Part shown: piece by piece, positions 19,787 to 29,943 of the stretch
Numbering within the stretch: the stretch's first letter is position 1
Layout of the letters: each line of letters opens with the position of its first letter
DNA from: a candidate division WOR-3 bacterium
GTDB taxonomy: Bacteria; Hydrothermota; Tepidihabitantia; Tepidihabitantales; DTDR01
DNA: 64,000 nt
Assembly (NCBI GenBank): GCA_039801725.1
Contig: JBDRVE010000002.1
Span: forward strand, 336-64,335
Direction of reading: 5' to 3'
Program-made: the position numbers and the translations under genes
Notes under the pieces: model-generated
Databases searched by the model: none
The model's input: the letters and a program-made list of their open reading frames with translations, nothing else
Told to the model about the DNA's origin: nothing

Positions 19787-20072
19787 TTTAATTATTTTCT
19801 TTATTTTTCTCTCAGGATTTTTTCAATTAATTTTAGTCTATAGAAATTTTCGATTGATGAATGAAATCGCCAACTTGGAAGAGAAGAAAAAACTTCTAAT
19901 TATTAGGATTAAAAAAGAGAATGTTTATCTTGATAGTTTATCTATCTTTTCCTCTTTTCTTCAAGAAAAGAGTTTAGAAATGAAATTTGCTGAGCTTTTT
20001 AGAAAAGATTCTAACTTTCCGGATATAATAGAGATAACAGAGATTGCTAAAAAAGAAAATGGCGAAGAATGA
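19773..20072 (+). CDS. ftsL: cell division protein FtsL (small bitopic)
   Basis: 99 aa with an N-terminal TM helix then a coiled-coil. Sits between rsmH and ftsI. Confidence 0.6.
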   Translation: MKRINLIIFFIFLSGFFQLILVYRNFRLMNEIANLEEKKKLLIIRIKKENVYLDSLSIFSSFLQEKSLEMKFAELFRKDSNFPDIIEITEIAKKENGEE

Positions 20073-21768
20073 TTTGTGGAAATTTAAATTGGCTAGAATT
20101 TACTTTTCTGTTATTTTTGGCGTTATAATTTGGTTATTAATAAAATATCAAATTATTGACTTCAAAAAATATCAAACAGAGGCAAATGTTTATCATTTAA
20201 AAAAATTTGTTCTTTTCCCCAAACGAGGTGAGATATATGATAAAAAAGGAAGAATATTAGCATATTCTTTACCATTCTTTAAATTGGAAATTTATTCCCA
20301 ATATTTAAATGAAAAAAAAACTGCCAGCGTGTGTTCTCTGCTTTTAAAATTTTTTCCCCAATATTCCTTTACACAGATTTCTCAAAGGTTAACGAAAAGA
20401 CGATTTTTTTATTTTACCAAAAATCTTGATTACGAAACAGGAAAAATTTTAGAAAAAGAAATATCCAAAAAGGGATTACGTGACGTTTTATGTTTAAAAG
20501 AAAATTTCCGGAGAATCTATCCTTACCGCGAAGTTGTTAATTTATTAGGTTTTCTTGATGATCAGCAAGAGGGAATAATAGGAATTGAGAAAAAATTTAA
20601 TGAACTTCTTAAAGGAAAAGAGGGATATTGTTATTTACAGAAAGATGCTTCTGCCAATCTTTATTCTTATCCTAATTATCCGAAAATTCCACCGGTAGAT
20701 GGAGAGGATGTCTATTTAACAATTGATTTAGATATTCAAAGATTGGTTTATGAAGAGTTAAAAAAAGCAGTAAAAAAGGAAGAGGCCAGAAGAGGTAGTT
20801 GTGTGGTTATTGATTGCGAAAATTTAGAAATTTTGGCTTTAGTTGATTATCCGGAGATTAATCCTGATTTTTTTTATCTTACTCCAGCGAGTCTCTGCGA
20901 ATCTTTTGAGCCAGGTTCAATTTTTAAGTTAGTGATTCTAACAACCGTGTTAAGTTCTCCTGAAAAAGAGTCCTTTTTAAAAAACCGTTACGATCTACGA
21001 GGCGGCTATTTCCAGGTTGGAAAAAAGAAGATTTATGATGCTGAAAGAAAAAAATTAGGCGTTATTGATTTTTTTGATATTTTTATTTATTCTTCTAATA
21101 TTGGTGTTTCTCAGTTAGCTTTAAGAATAAAAAAAGAGAATTTTTATGCCATGGTTAGGAAATTTGGTTTTGGTAAAAAAATAGATATCGGAATCCCTAA
21201 CGAGGATGTTGGTGTTATTCCTTATTTTAGAAACAAAAATATTTCGGATGTTGATTATTGTAATAATGTTTTTGGCCAAGGAATTAGAGTTAATTTATTG
21301 CAGATTGCCCTAGCCTATTTAACGATTGTTCAAAATGGTTATTATGTTAAACCAATTCTTGTTAAAAAAATTGGTGGCAGAGTATGTCAACCAGAAACAA
21401 TAGAAAAAGTTACTGATGAAGAAAATGTAAAAATGATAAAAGAAATTCTTTATAATGTGTGTGCGAGAGGTACCGGGCAGCTTGCTGTCTTTTCTGAAGA
21501 TATTAAAATTTGCGGAAAAACAGGAACAGCACAGAAATTTGAACCAAAATTTAAAAGTTATTCAAACACCAAGTCAACAATTTCTTTTGTTGGCTTTTTC
21601 CCAATGGAAAAACCAAAATTTTTAATCGTCCTTTTATTAGACGAACCAAAAAAAAGTAGATTTGCTTCCCAAGGTGTATGTCCGATATTTCGTAAAATCG
21701 CCTACAAAATTTGGCACCTTAAAAATGACTTTGCTAATTTAAAAAATGAAATTAGTAGACTTAATTAA
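20044..21768 (+). CDS. ftsI: peptidoglycan D,D-transpeptidase FtsI (PBP3-like)
   Basis: N-terminal TM, SIFK (SxxK), SSN, KTGTA motifs. Confidence 0.8.
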   Translation: MLKKKMAKNDLWKFKLARIYFSVIFGVIIWLLIKYQIIDFKKYQTEANVYHLKKFVLFPKRGEIYDKKGRILAYSLPFFKLEIYSQYLNEKKTASVCSLLLKFFPQYSFTQISQRLTKRRFFYFTKNLDYETGKILEKEISKKGLRDVLCLKENFRRIYPYREVVNLLGFLDDQQEGIIGIEKKFNELLKGKEGYCYLQKDASANLYSYPNYPKIPPVDGEDVYLTIDLDIQRLVYEELKKAVKKEEARRGSCVVIDCENLEILALVDYPEINPDFFYLTPASLCESFEPGSIFKLVILTTVLSSPEKESFLKNRYDLRGGYFQVGKKKIYDAERKKLGVIDFFDIFIYSSNIGVSQLALRIKKENFYAMVRKFGFGKKIDIGIPNEDVGVIPYFRNKNISDVDYCNNVFGQGIRVNLLQIALAYLTIVQNGYYVKPILVKKIGGRVCQPETIEKVTDEENVKMIKEILYNVCARGTGQLAVFSEDIKICGKTGTAQKFEPKFKSYSNTKSTISFVGFFPMEKPKFLIVLLLDEPKKSRFASQGVCPIFRKIAYKIWHLKNDFANLKNEISRLN

Positions 21769-23218
21769 AAAAATAGATAATTTAGAAATCTTTGGAGAAA
21801 GGGATATCCTAATTGAAGGAATTACTTCTTTCTCTAAAGAGGTGAAGAAAAATTATCTCTTTGCGGCGATTCCTGGATTCAAGACCGATGGCTTTTTTTA
21901 TTTAGAAGAAGCAAAAAAAAATGGAGCAGTGGCATTCTTGTTGCCTAAAGAGAGAAAAAAAGATTTGGAGAAAAAAGATGGTTTTACCTATATTTATACT
22001 GATGAAATAAGAAAAACTTATTCCTTAATTTGTAAAAATTTTTATAACCAAATTGATGAGAATTTAGATTTGATCGGTGTTACCGGTACGCAAGGAAAAA
22101 CAACAACAACTTATTTGGTTAAACATATTTTAAATTCTTTTAATATCCCTACGGGTTTGGTTGGTACTATTCAAAATTTTGATGGCGAGAATTGGACAAA
22201 ATCTTTAAATACTACACCTGCTAGCGAAATTATTTATTCATTGCTTAATAAGCTTTATATAAAAAATATCAAATATTGCGTAATGGAAATTTCTTCACAT
22301 GCTTTAGCACTAGATAGAGTTTATGGTCTAAATTTTCAAATAGCTGGATTAACAAATTTAGGACACGACCATTTAGATTTTCATAGAAGTATAGAAAATT
22401 ATAAAGATAGTAAGCGAAAATTGTTTGAATATCTAAAAAATGGGGGATGGGCAGTAATAAATAATGACGACAGTTTTGGAAGAGAGTTAATTAGTATAAT
22501 TGACAAAAATAAAGTTAATATTATTACTTACGGGATAGATTTGCCAGCTTCAATAAAGGGTAAAATTTTAAAATTTGATTTGAGCGGAATGGAGTTTATT
22601 GTGAAAATCGATAATAAAAAAGAGGTAAAGGGAAAAGCAAAAATTTTTGGAAAATTTAATTTATACAATATTTTGTTAAGTTTAGGAATTGTAAAAAGTT
22701 TAGGATTTTGTGAAGAAGAAGTTTTAAAAAAAATAGAAAATTTTGAGGGAGTACCAGGAAGATTGGAGAAAGTTGATAATGATTTAGGTATAAACGCTTT
22801 TATCGATTTTGCTCATACGCCCGAAAGTTTAAAAGAGGTGCTAAAGGTTCTTCGTCCATTTAGTAAAAAATTAATTTTAGTTTTTGGTTGCGGTGGCGAA
22901 AGAGATAAAGAAAAAAGACCATTGATGGGTAAGGTGGCTTGTGAATTTGCTGATATTATAATTATTACCCAAGATAATAGCCGTTCAGAGAGTTTCAAAG
23001 ACATTTTAGAGGATATTTTAAAAGGTGTGAATAAAAAAGTAATTATTGAAGAAGACAGAAAAAAGGCTATTGAGAAAGGAGTTTCTTTAGCAGGAAAAGA
23101 AGATACGATTCTCGTAGCGGGAAAAGGGCACGAAGAATACCAAATTATTGATAGTCAAATTTTTTATTTTAGTGATAAAGAAGAATTAAAAAAAGCTTTG
23201 AATAAATGTTGTATTTAA
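21746..23218 (+). CDS. murE: UDP-N-acetylmuramoyl-L-alanyl-D-glutamate--2,6-diaminopimelate (or Lys) ligase MurE
   Basis: GVTGTQGKTTTT P-loop; position in the cluster. Confidence 0.8.
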   Translation: MKLVDLIKKIDNLEIFGERDILIEGITSFSKEVKKNYLFAAIPGFKTDGFFYLEEAKKNGAVAFLLPKERKKDLEKKDGFTYIYTDEIRKTYSLICKNFYNQIDENLDLIGVTGTQGKTTTTYLVKHILNSFNIPTGLVGTIQNFDGENWTKSLNTTPASEIIYSLLNKLYIKNIKYCVMEISSHALALDRVYGLNFQIAGLTNLGHDHLDFHRSIENYKDSKRKLFEYLKNGGWAVINNDDSFGRELISIIDKNKVNIITYGIDLPASIKGKILKFDLSGMEFIVKIDNKKEVKGKAKIFGKFNLYNILLSLGIVKSLGFCEEEVLKKIENFEGVPGRLEKVDNDLGINAFIDFAHTPESLKEVLKVLRPFSKKLILVFGCGGERDKEKRPLMGKVACEFADIIIITQDNSRSESFKDILEDILKGVNKKVIIEEDRKKAIEKGVSLAGKEDTILVAGKGHEEYQIIDSQIFYFSDKEELKKALNKCCI

Positions 23219-24285
23219 TACTTTATCCTTTAAAAGATTTATGGTTTGGTTTTAATATTTTCCGTTACATAACTTTCCGAGCTTTTTGTGGCGGTGCTTT
23301 GGCAATTATCTTAGTATTATTATTAGGGAAAAAAACAATTAATTATTTAAAAAAGAAAAATTTTATTCAACCTATAAAAAAATTTATGCCCGAAGAACAT
23401 CTTAAAAAGAATATTCCTACAATGGGTGGAATTTTAATTGTCTTTGTTTGTCTAATCTCTTTTTTGCTTTTTGCTGATATTACTAATCGATACATAATTT
23501 TAGGCATTTCTTTTTTTATTGGCTTTGCGATTATCGGGTTTTGGGACGATTATTATAAAGTTAAAAGAAAAAAGGGGTTAGAAATCAAAACAAAATTAAT
23601 TTTAGAAAGTATTATGATTTTGCTGTTAGTTACATTACTTTATTTTTGGGCAGAAAATAAACAATTAAGAGGAGTTACTCAAGTGCTTTTTTTTAAAAAT
23701 ATTCTTCTTAATTTTAAAGGCTTTTATCCAGTAATGGCTTTTATCTTTATGTTAATTGTAAGCAACGGAATAAATTTTACTGATGGATTAGATGGTTTAG
23801 CAGCAGGTTTAATTGCTATAAGCAGTGGAGTATACGGAGTACTTGCTTATTGTGGCGGAAATTTTAAAATTGCTAATTATTTAAATCTTCTTTATATCAA
23901 AGAAGTAGGGGAATTAAGCGTTTTTGCTTTGATTTTAATGGGTGCTTGTTTGGGATTTTTATGGTTTAACGCCCATCCGGCAGAAATTTTTATGGGTGAT
24001 ATAGGCTCTCTGCCTTTGGGGATGATGGTGGGTTATTTAGCATTGGCTAGCAAACAAGAAATCTTATTTATTTTTGCTGGCGGGGTATTTTTATTGGAAT
24101 TCTTATCGGTCTTTTTACAAGTAGTTTATTTTCGTCTTACCAAAGGTAAGAGAATTTTTTTAATGGCTCCTCTTCATCATCACTACGAGATGAAAGGAGA
24201 AAAAGAAGAGAAAATTGTAATTCGGTTTTGGATTATCGGTGTACTTTTAGGAATAATTGCTTTAGCAAGCCTAAAAATAAGATGA
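23206..24285 (+). CDS. mraY: phospho-N-acetylmuramoyl-pentapeptide transferase MraY
   Basis: Polytopic. NGINFTDGLDGLAAG and HHHYEMKG motifs. Confidence 0.85.
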   Translation: MLYLILYPLKDLWFGFNIFRYITFRAFCGGALAIILVLLLGKKTINYLKKKNFIQPIKKFMPEEHLKKNIPTMGGILIVFVCLISFLLFADITNRYIILGISFFIGFAIIGFWDDYYKVKRKKGLEIKTKLILESIMILLLVTLLYFWAENKQLRGVTQVLFFKNILLNFKGFYPVMAFIFMLIVSNGINFTDGLDGLAAGLIAISSGVYGVLAYCGGNFKIANYLNLLYIKEVGELSVFALILMGACLGFLWFNAHPAEIFMGDIGSLPLGMMVGYLALASKQEILFIFAGGVFLLEFLSVFLQVVYFRLTKGKRIFLMAPLHHHYEMKGEKEEKIVIRFWIIGVLLGIIALASLKIR

Positions 24286-25625
24286 GATATCTCGTATTAG
24301 GGTTAGGAAGACAAGGAAAAGGGATTACAAAATTTCTTTTAGAAAATAATGAAATAGTATATGGATATGATCAAAACGAAGAAAGGAAAAAAGAATTTTT
24401 AAGATATAAAAACTTTCAATGGATAAAAGAAGAAGATATTAAAAAACTAAAAAATATTAAAAATTTAATTGTAATCGCTAGCGCTGGGATTCACGACGAA
24501 AATCCTATAATAAAGACAGCAAGTCAGTTTTGGCCAATAATTTCGGATATTGAGTTTGTTTATTCTTTTATAAAAAATACTACAATTATTGCTGTTACTG
24601 GAACAAATGGAAAATCTACGACTACCTGTTTAATTGCCGAAATTTTGTTGAAGGATAAAAAAGATGTGTTTTACGGAGGTAATTTGGCGCCTGGTCAGCC
24701 TGCTATTGAAGCAGTATGGGCTAAAAAAGAATTTAATATATTAGAAATTTCTTCTTTTCAATTAGCACGGATAAAAAATTTTAAACCACACATAGGAGTA
24801 TTGCTTAATATAAGTTATGAACATTTAGATTGGCATAAAAATTTTGAAGATTATCAAAAAAGCAAAATGAGAATTTTTGAAAATCAAACAGAAAAAGATT
24901 ATTGTGTAATTAACAAGAATTTGATACATAGCCCTTATTTTAAAGTTTCTCGACCTCAAATAAAAACTTTTTCGGCGGATAACCAATTTACTGATGCTTA
25001 TTATGATAAGATAAAAAAAGAATTTTTCATAAATCTTGATGGATATCCAAATAAACTTATAAATATTGAAGAAATGAAATTTATTGGAAAGATTCATTAC
25101 GAAAATATCTTAGCCGCTATTATCGTTGCTAAAATATTAAACATTAATGAAGAAACAATTAGGGAAGCTCTTAAAAATTTCAAAGGTTTGCCTCACCGTT
25201 TGGAACTGGTATTGGAAAAAAATGGGATTAAATATATTAATAATTCAATGTGTACTAATCCGATGGCAGGAATAAAATCTTTGCTTGCTTTTGATAAAAA
25301 AGTTATTTTAATTACGGGAGGCAAAGAGAAAAATCTGCCCATAGAAGATTATATTCACACGATTTCAAAAAAGGCAAAACATACAATTTTATTTGGTGAG
25401 AATAAAGAAAAATTAAAAAAAGAACTTTTGAATATAAATTATTATAACCTTTCTTTAGCTGAATCCTTAGCCGAGGCAGTATTAAGAGCTAAAGAAGTAA
25501 GTAAACCTGGAGATATAATTCTTTTTTCTCCTGCTTTTGCAAGTTTTGATTATTTTCAAGATTTTATTGAACGAGGAGAAAAATTTAAGAAAATCGTTTA
25601 TGAAATTGAAGCAAATAAAAATTGA
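24282..25625 (+). CDS. murD: UDP-N-acetylmuramoylalanine--D-glutamate ligase MurD
   Basis: GTNGKSTTT. Start at the ATG 24282, overlapping the mraY stop as ATGA. Confidence 0.8.
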   Translation: MRYLVLGLGRQGKGITKFLLENNEIVYGYDQNEERKKEFLRYKNFQWIKEEDIKKLKNIKNLIVIASAGIHDENPIIKTASQFWPIISDIEFVYSFIKNTTIIAVTGTNGKSTTTCLIAEILLKDKKDVFYGGNLAPGQPAIEAVWAKKEFNILEISSFQLARIKNFKPHIGVLLNISYEHLDWHKNFEDYQKSKMRIFENQTEKDYCVINKNLIHSPYFKVSRPQIKTFSADNQFTDAYYDKIKKEFFINLDGYPNKLINIEEMKFIGKIHYENILAAIIVAKILNINEETIREALKNFKGLPHRLELVLEKNGIKYINNSMCTNPMAGIKSLLAFDKKVILITGGKEKNLPIEDYIHTISKKAKHTILFGENKEKLKKELLNINYYNLSLAESLAEAVLRAKEVSKPGDIILFSPAFASFDYFQDFIERGEKFKKIVYEIEANKN

Positions 25626-26652
25626 TTTGATTTTTTTAGAAATTATTTTGCTTTTTACTTTTTTTTCTCTTTTAGTTATTTATTCTTCCACTATGATAGA
25701 AGGTCCGATTTATTTTAAAAAACATCTTTTAAGAGTACTTATTGGTATTGGAGCTCTTATCTTAGGAATACTTATTCCTTACGAATTTTGGAGCGGAAAA
25801 AGAGCAAAGATTTTGTATATTTTTTCGACAATTATTCTTTTTTTAACCGTATTGTTTTCAAAAACAATTCGGCAATTTTCTCTCTTTTCTTTAAAATTTC
25901 AACCACAAGAATTTTGTAAAATTTTTTTACTCTTTTTTGTGGCTGAGTTTTTAAGTAGAATAAGAGAAAAAAAAGAATTGGGAAAATTTCATTTAGAAAT
26001 TTTTTTAATAATTTTAATAATTTCTTTAATTTTAGTCCAACCAGCAATTGGTACTACAATAATTTTATTTTTAACCGTTTTGATAATGTTTCTATTTTCC
26101 GGAATTAGGTTTTCGGTTATTTTAGTATACAGTTTGGTAGTTTTTTTGCTTGTTTTTTTGGGAATTAATACTTTTCCTCATGCAAAAAGAAGATTTGAGA
26201 AATTCCGAGAGAGAGAAATTTATCAACAATATCATTCGAGAATTGCTATTGGTTCAGGCGGGCTTTTAGGAAAAGGTTTAGGATGTGGTAAGCAAAAATT
26301 TAAATTTATTCCTAAAATCCACACTGATTTTATTTTTGCCGGAATGGCTGAAGAATTAGGATTTTTTACAATCTTGCTTTTATTATTGGGATATTATTTT
26401 GTTTTGATGAGAGGAATTACAATTGCTCAGAATGCAAATAGTGATTTCGGCAGGTTTTTTGCTATTGGTTTTACTTTTATGCTTTCTTTTTATATTTTTA
26501 TTCATATTTTTTCTTCACTGGCGTTAATTCCGGTAACAGGGCAACCTTTACCCTTTATATCTTATGGCGGAAGTGCTTTAATAAGCAATCTTTTTGCTAT
26601 CGGAGTAATGTTAAATATTTCTCGGGAAAGAAAGGTTCCCTATGAGATATAA
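25600..26652 (+). CDS. ftsW: peptidoglycan glycosyltransferase FtsW (SEDS family)
   Basis: Polytopic SEDS protein with HTDFIFA and GLLGKGLG motifs. The start is approximate. Confidence 0.8.
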   Translation: MKLKQIKIDLIFLEIILLFTFFSLLVIYSSTMIEGPIYFKKHLLRVLIGIGALILGILIPYEFWSGKRAKILYIFSTIILFLTVLFSKTIRQFSLFSLKFQPQEFCKIFLLFFVAEFLSRIREKKELGKFHLEIFLIILIISLILVQPAIGTTIILFLTVLIMFLFSGIRFSVILVYSLVVFLLVFLGINTFPHAKRRFEKFREREIYQQYHSRIAIGSGGLLGKGLGCGKQKFKFIPKIHTDFIFAGMAEELGFFTILLLLLGYYFVLMRGITIAQNANSDFGRFFAIGFTFMLSFYIFIHIFSSLALIPVTGQPLPFISYGGSALISNLFAIGVMLNISRERKVPYEI

Positions 26653-27691
26653 TATTTTTATTAGTGCCGCCGTTACAGGAGGACACATAATGCCTGGTAT
26701 AAGTATTAGTCAAGAATTAAAAAAATTCAATTTTAATTGTATCTTTTTAGGTAAGAAAGGCGGGATTGAAGAGAGAATATATAAAGAGTATAATCTCAAT
26801 TATTATCTATTACCAATTTATCATCCCTTTAGTAAAGGATATAAAGAAATGTTATTATTTTTTTTGACTTTGATTTATAACGTCTTAAAATTATTTTATC
26901 TTTATTGGCATTTTAAACCAAAAGCTTTAATCGCTACGGGAAATTATTTTTGTATATTACCAATTTTAATTACGAAGATATTTTCTAAACCAATCTATCT
27001 TTTAGAACAAAATGTAACTTTAGGGAGAACAGTGAAATATTTTTCAATTTTTGCTGAGAAAGTTTTTTTAGGATTCCCTTTAAGTAACAGTTATTTAAGA
27101 AAAAATTCAAAATTTGTTTATACTGGTAATCCTTTGAGAAAAGAAATCGTTGAAGAAAGTTTAAAAAATGGAGAAGAGAAATTTTGTATAGTTTTAGGGG
27201 GAAGTTTGGGAGCGAGAAAATTGGTTGAAATAGGTATAAGATTAGCAGAAGAATTTCCGGAAGAATATTTTTTAATTCAAGGGGGTCTTAAAAAAGATGA
27301 GGAAATAATTAAGCAAAAGAAATTAAAAAATGTTGAAATTTTTAATTTCAAATTAGATATTTATAAATATTTAAAAAATGCGAAAGTGGTAATAACTCGG
27401 GCAGGAGGATTAACTATTTCGGAAATTTTATGTTTTAAGGTCCCTGCGATTTTTATTCCTTATCCCTTTGCTAAAGATAACCATCAACAAAAAAACGCCC
27501 AATATCTCGCACAAAATATCGGAACTTTTTTCGCTAGTGAAAATGACTGGAAAAACATAAAAAATATGTTTTTGCAATTACTTACTAATAAGGAGCTAAG
27601 AGAAAAAATGAAAGTAAATATGGAAAAATTTGCCAAGAAAGAAGGAGCTAATTTAATTACTCAATTGATTATCGAAAAATTAAAAAAATGA
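26642..27691 (+). CDS. murG: UDP-GlcNAc:lipid I GlcNAc transferase MurG
   Basis: GGHIMPG N-terminus; GT28 C-terminal domain (ITRAGGLTISE). Confidence 0.8.
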   Translation: MRYNIFISAAVTGGHIMPGISISQELKKFNFNCIFLGKKGGIEERIYKEYNLNYYLLPIYHPFSKGYKEMLLFFLTLIYNVLKLFYLYWHFKPKALIATGNYFCILPILITKIFSKPIYLLEQNVTLGRTVKYFSIFAEKVFLGFPLSNSYLRKNSKFVYTGNPLRKEIVEESLKNGEEKFCIVLGGSLGARKLVEIGIRLAEEFPEEYFLIQGGLKKDEEIIKQKKLKNVEIFNFKLDIYKYLKNAKVVITRAGGLTISEILCFKVPAIFIPYPFAKDNHQQKNAQYLAQNIGTFFASENDWKNIKNMFLQLLTNKELREKMKVNMEKFAKKEGANLITQLIIEKLKK

Positions 27692-29085
27692 AAAAAAATG
27701 ATTTGGTTTTTATTAAAAAGAGGTGGCAGATTAAAAAAATTCATTTTGTAGGAATTGGTGGGAGTGGAATGTCCGGTTTAGCATTAGTTTTAAAAAATTT
27801 AGGTTTTGAAATTTCCGGTTCGGATATAAAAAAAACCTCCCTAACAGAATTTTTAGAAAAAAATGGTATAAGGGTATATTATTCTCACGATGAAGAAAAT
27901 GTAAAAAATGCAGATTTAGTAGTGTTCTCTTCTGCTATTCCGCCTTCTAACCCCGAATTGGTTTATGCTAGAAGTTTAAATATCCCAGTAATTCCTCGGG
28001 CAGAAATGCTGAGTGAATTGATGCGAATGAAATATTCAATAGCTGTTTCGGGAACTCATGGGAAAACCACTACTACTTCTTTGATTGCTCATATTTTGGA
28101 ATTCGCTCACAAAGACCCAACCGTAATTATTGGTGGCAGAATACTCGGTATGGATAGTGGTGCTAAGTTAGGTAAAAGTGATTATTTAGTTTGTGAGGCT
28201 GATGAATCAGACAAAAGTTTTTTAATGCTTTTTCCTACGGTTGCCGTAGTTACTAATATTGAACCAGAGCATCTCGATCATTATAAAGATTTAATTTCTT
28301 TAAAAAGTGCTTTTTTAGAATTTTTAAATAAAACTCCCTTCTTTGGGCTCTGTGTAATTAATGAGGACGACCCGAGTTTAAAAGAAATTAAAAATTCAAT
28401 AAAAAGAAGGGTATTAACTTATGGTTTTTCTTCAACCGCCGATTTTCAAATTAAAAATATAAAGTTAAGAAAAAATTTTTCTTCTTTTGATTTATACTAT
28501 AAAAATCAAAAATGGCTCTCTTTGAAAATTCCTTTATTAGGAGTTCATAACATTTTGAATGCTTCTGCTGCAGTAATTGTAGCAAAAGAATTAGGCGTTA
28601 AAAAAGAAAAAATAAAGAAGGCTTTAAAAATTTTTCAAGGTATTGAACGACGATTAGAGAAAAAAGGAGAAAAAGGTGGAGTAATTTTTTATGACGATTA
28701 TGCCCATCATCCGACTGAGATAAGGTTTACTTTAAAAGCTTTGCGACAAAGATATCCAGAACAGCGGATAGTTGCTATCTTCCAACCTCATCGTTATACC
28801 AGAACCTTTTATCTTTGGGAAGATTTTGGAGAAGTTTTTGAAGAGGCTGATATTTTGGTGGTGACGGAGATTTATCCGGCTAACGAATCGCCAATACCAG
28901 GAGTAAGCGGTAGATTGATTTATGATGCGGTAATTTTAAAAGGAAAAAATAAAGAAGTCTATTACTTAGAAACTTTTGAAGAAATTTATAATATGATAAT
29001 AAAAAAAATTAAAAAGGGAGATGTGGTAATTACCTTAGGAGCAGGAAATATTAAAGAATTATGCGAGAAATTTTTGAAGGACTAA
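27688..29085 (+). CDS. murC: UDP-N-acetylmuramate--L-alanine ligase MurC
   Basis: IHFVGIGGSGMSGLA and GTHGKTTTT. Confidence 0.85.
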   Translation: MKKNDLVFIKKRWQIKKIHFVGIGGSGMSGLALVLKNLGFEISGSDIKKTSLTEFLEKNGIRVYYSHDEENVKNADLVVFSSAIPPSNPELVYARSLNIPVIPRAEMLSELMRMKYSIAVSGTHGKTTTTSLIAHILEFAHKDPTVIIGGRILGMDSGAKLGKSDYLVCEADESDKSFLMLFPTVAVVTNIEPEHLDHYKDLISLKSAFLEFLNKTPFFGLCVINEDDPSLKEIKNSIKRRVLTYGFSSTADFQIKNIKLRKNFSSFDLYYKNQKWLSLKIPLLGVHNILNASAAVIVAKELGVKKEKIKKALKIFQGIERRLEKKGEKGGVIFYDDYAHHPTEIRFTLKALRQRYPEQRIVAIFQPHRYTRTFYLWEDFGEVFEEADILVVTEIYPANESPIPGVSGRLIYDAVILKGKNKEVYYLETFEEIYNMIIKKIKKGDVVITLGAGNIKELCEKFLKD

Positions 29086-29942
29086 AAGGAATTGAAGTTA
29101 AAAAGAATTTTTCTTTAAATAAAATTTCCTCTATTGGTATTGGTGGTAAAATTAGATATTTAGTTAAAATAAAAGATAAAAATTCTTTACCCCTTCTGAA
29201 AGAGGTTATCCAGAAGGAAAAAATTAAATATGTTTTTATTGGAAAACTTACTAATCTTCTTTTTCCTGATGGTTATCTAGACGGAGTGGCAATACAATAT
29301 CAAGATGATTTTTTTGAAGAGTTGGGAAAAGATCCGCCTCTTTTTAAAGTGGGAGCAGGTATGGGTTTAGCAAGTTTAATTTTGAAACTTCGGAATCTTT
29401 CGGTCTCGGGTTTAGAACCACTAATTGGTATTCCAGGAACTGTTGGAGGAGCTATTAAAATGAATGCCGGAGCTTTTGGATTTTCCATCTCAGATTTTGT
29501 AAAAGAGATAGAAGTTTTCTCCTTTAAAGAAGGCTTTAAAATCTTAAAAAAGGAAAAAATTAATTTTGATTATCGCTTTTCTTCGATTGGCGATGATGAG
29601 TTAATAATTAGTGCCACATTCGAGTTAAAGAAAGATAATTATAATAATTTGATTGAAAAATACTTAAGAATAAGAAATGAAAAATTTCCTAAAGGAAAAT
29701 CCTTAGGTTGTATTTTTAAAAATCCGGTAGGTCTTATTGCTGGTGAATTAATTGAGAAAGCCGGATTAAAAAATTTTCGAATCGGTGATGCGATTATTTC
29801 TGATAAACATGCTAACTTTATTATTAATATAAAAAGAGCGAAATTTTTGGATGTCTATGAGATGATTCAAATTGTTAAAGAAAAGGTGCAAAAGAAGTTT
29901 AATGTTTTATTAGAAGAGGAAATAAAAATAATGGATATTTAG
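29061..29942 (+). CDS. murB: UDP-N-acetylenolpyruvoylglucosamine reductase MurB
   Basis: FAD-binding PCMH fold; GSTFKNP-like CIFKNP motif. Confidence 0.75.
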   Translation: MREIFEGLKGIEVKKNFSLNKISSIGIGGKIRYLVKIKDKNSLPLLKEVIQKEKIKYVFIGKLTNLLFPDGYLDGVAIQYQDDFFEELGKDPPLFKVGAGMGLASLILKLRNLSVSGLEPLIGIPGTVGGAIKMNAGAFGFSISDFVKEIEVFSFKEGFKILKKEKINFDYRFSSIGDDELIISATFELKKDNYNNLIEKYLRIRNEKFPKGKSLGCIFKNPVGLIAGELIEKAGLKNFRIGDAIISDKHANFIINIKRAKFLDVYEMIQIVKEKVQKKFNVLLEEEIKIMDI

Positions 29943-29943
29943 T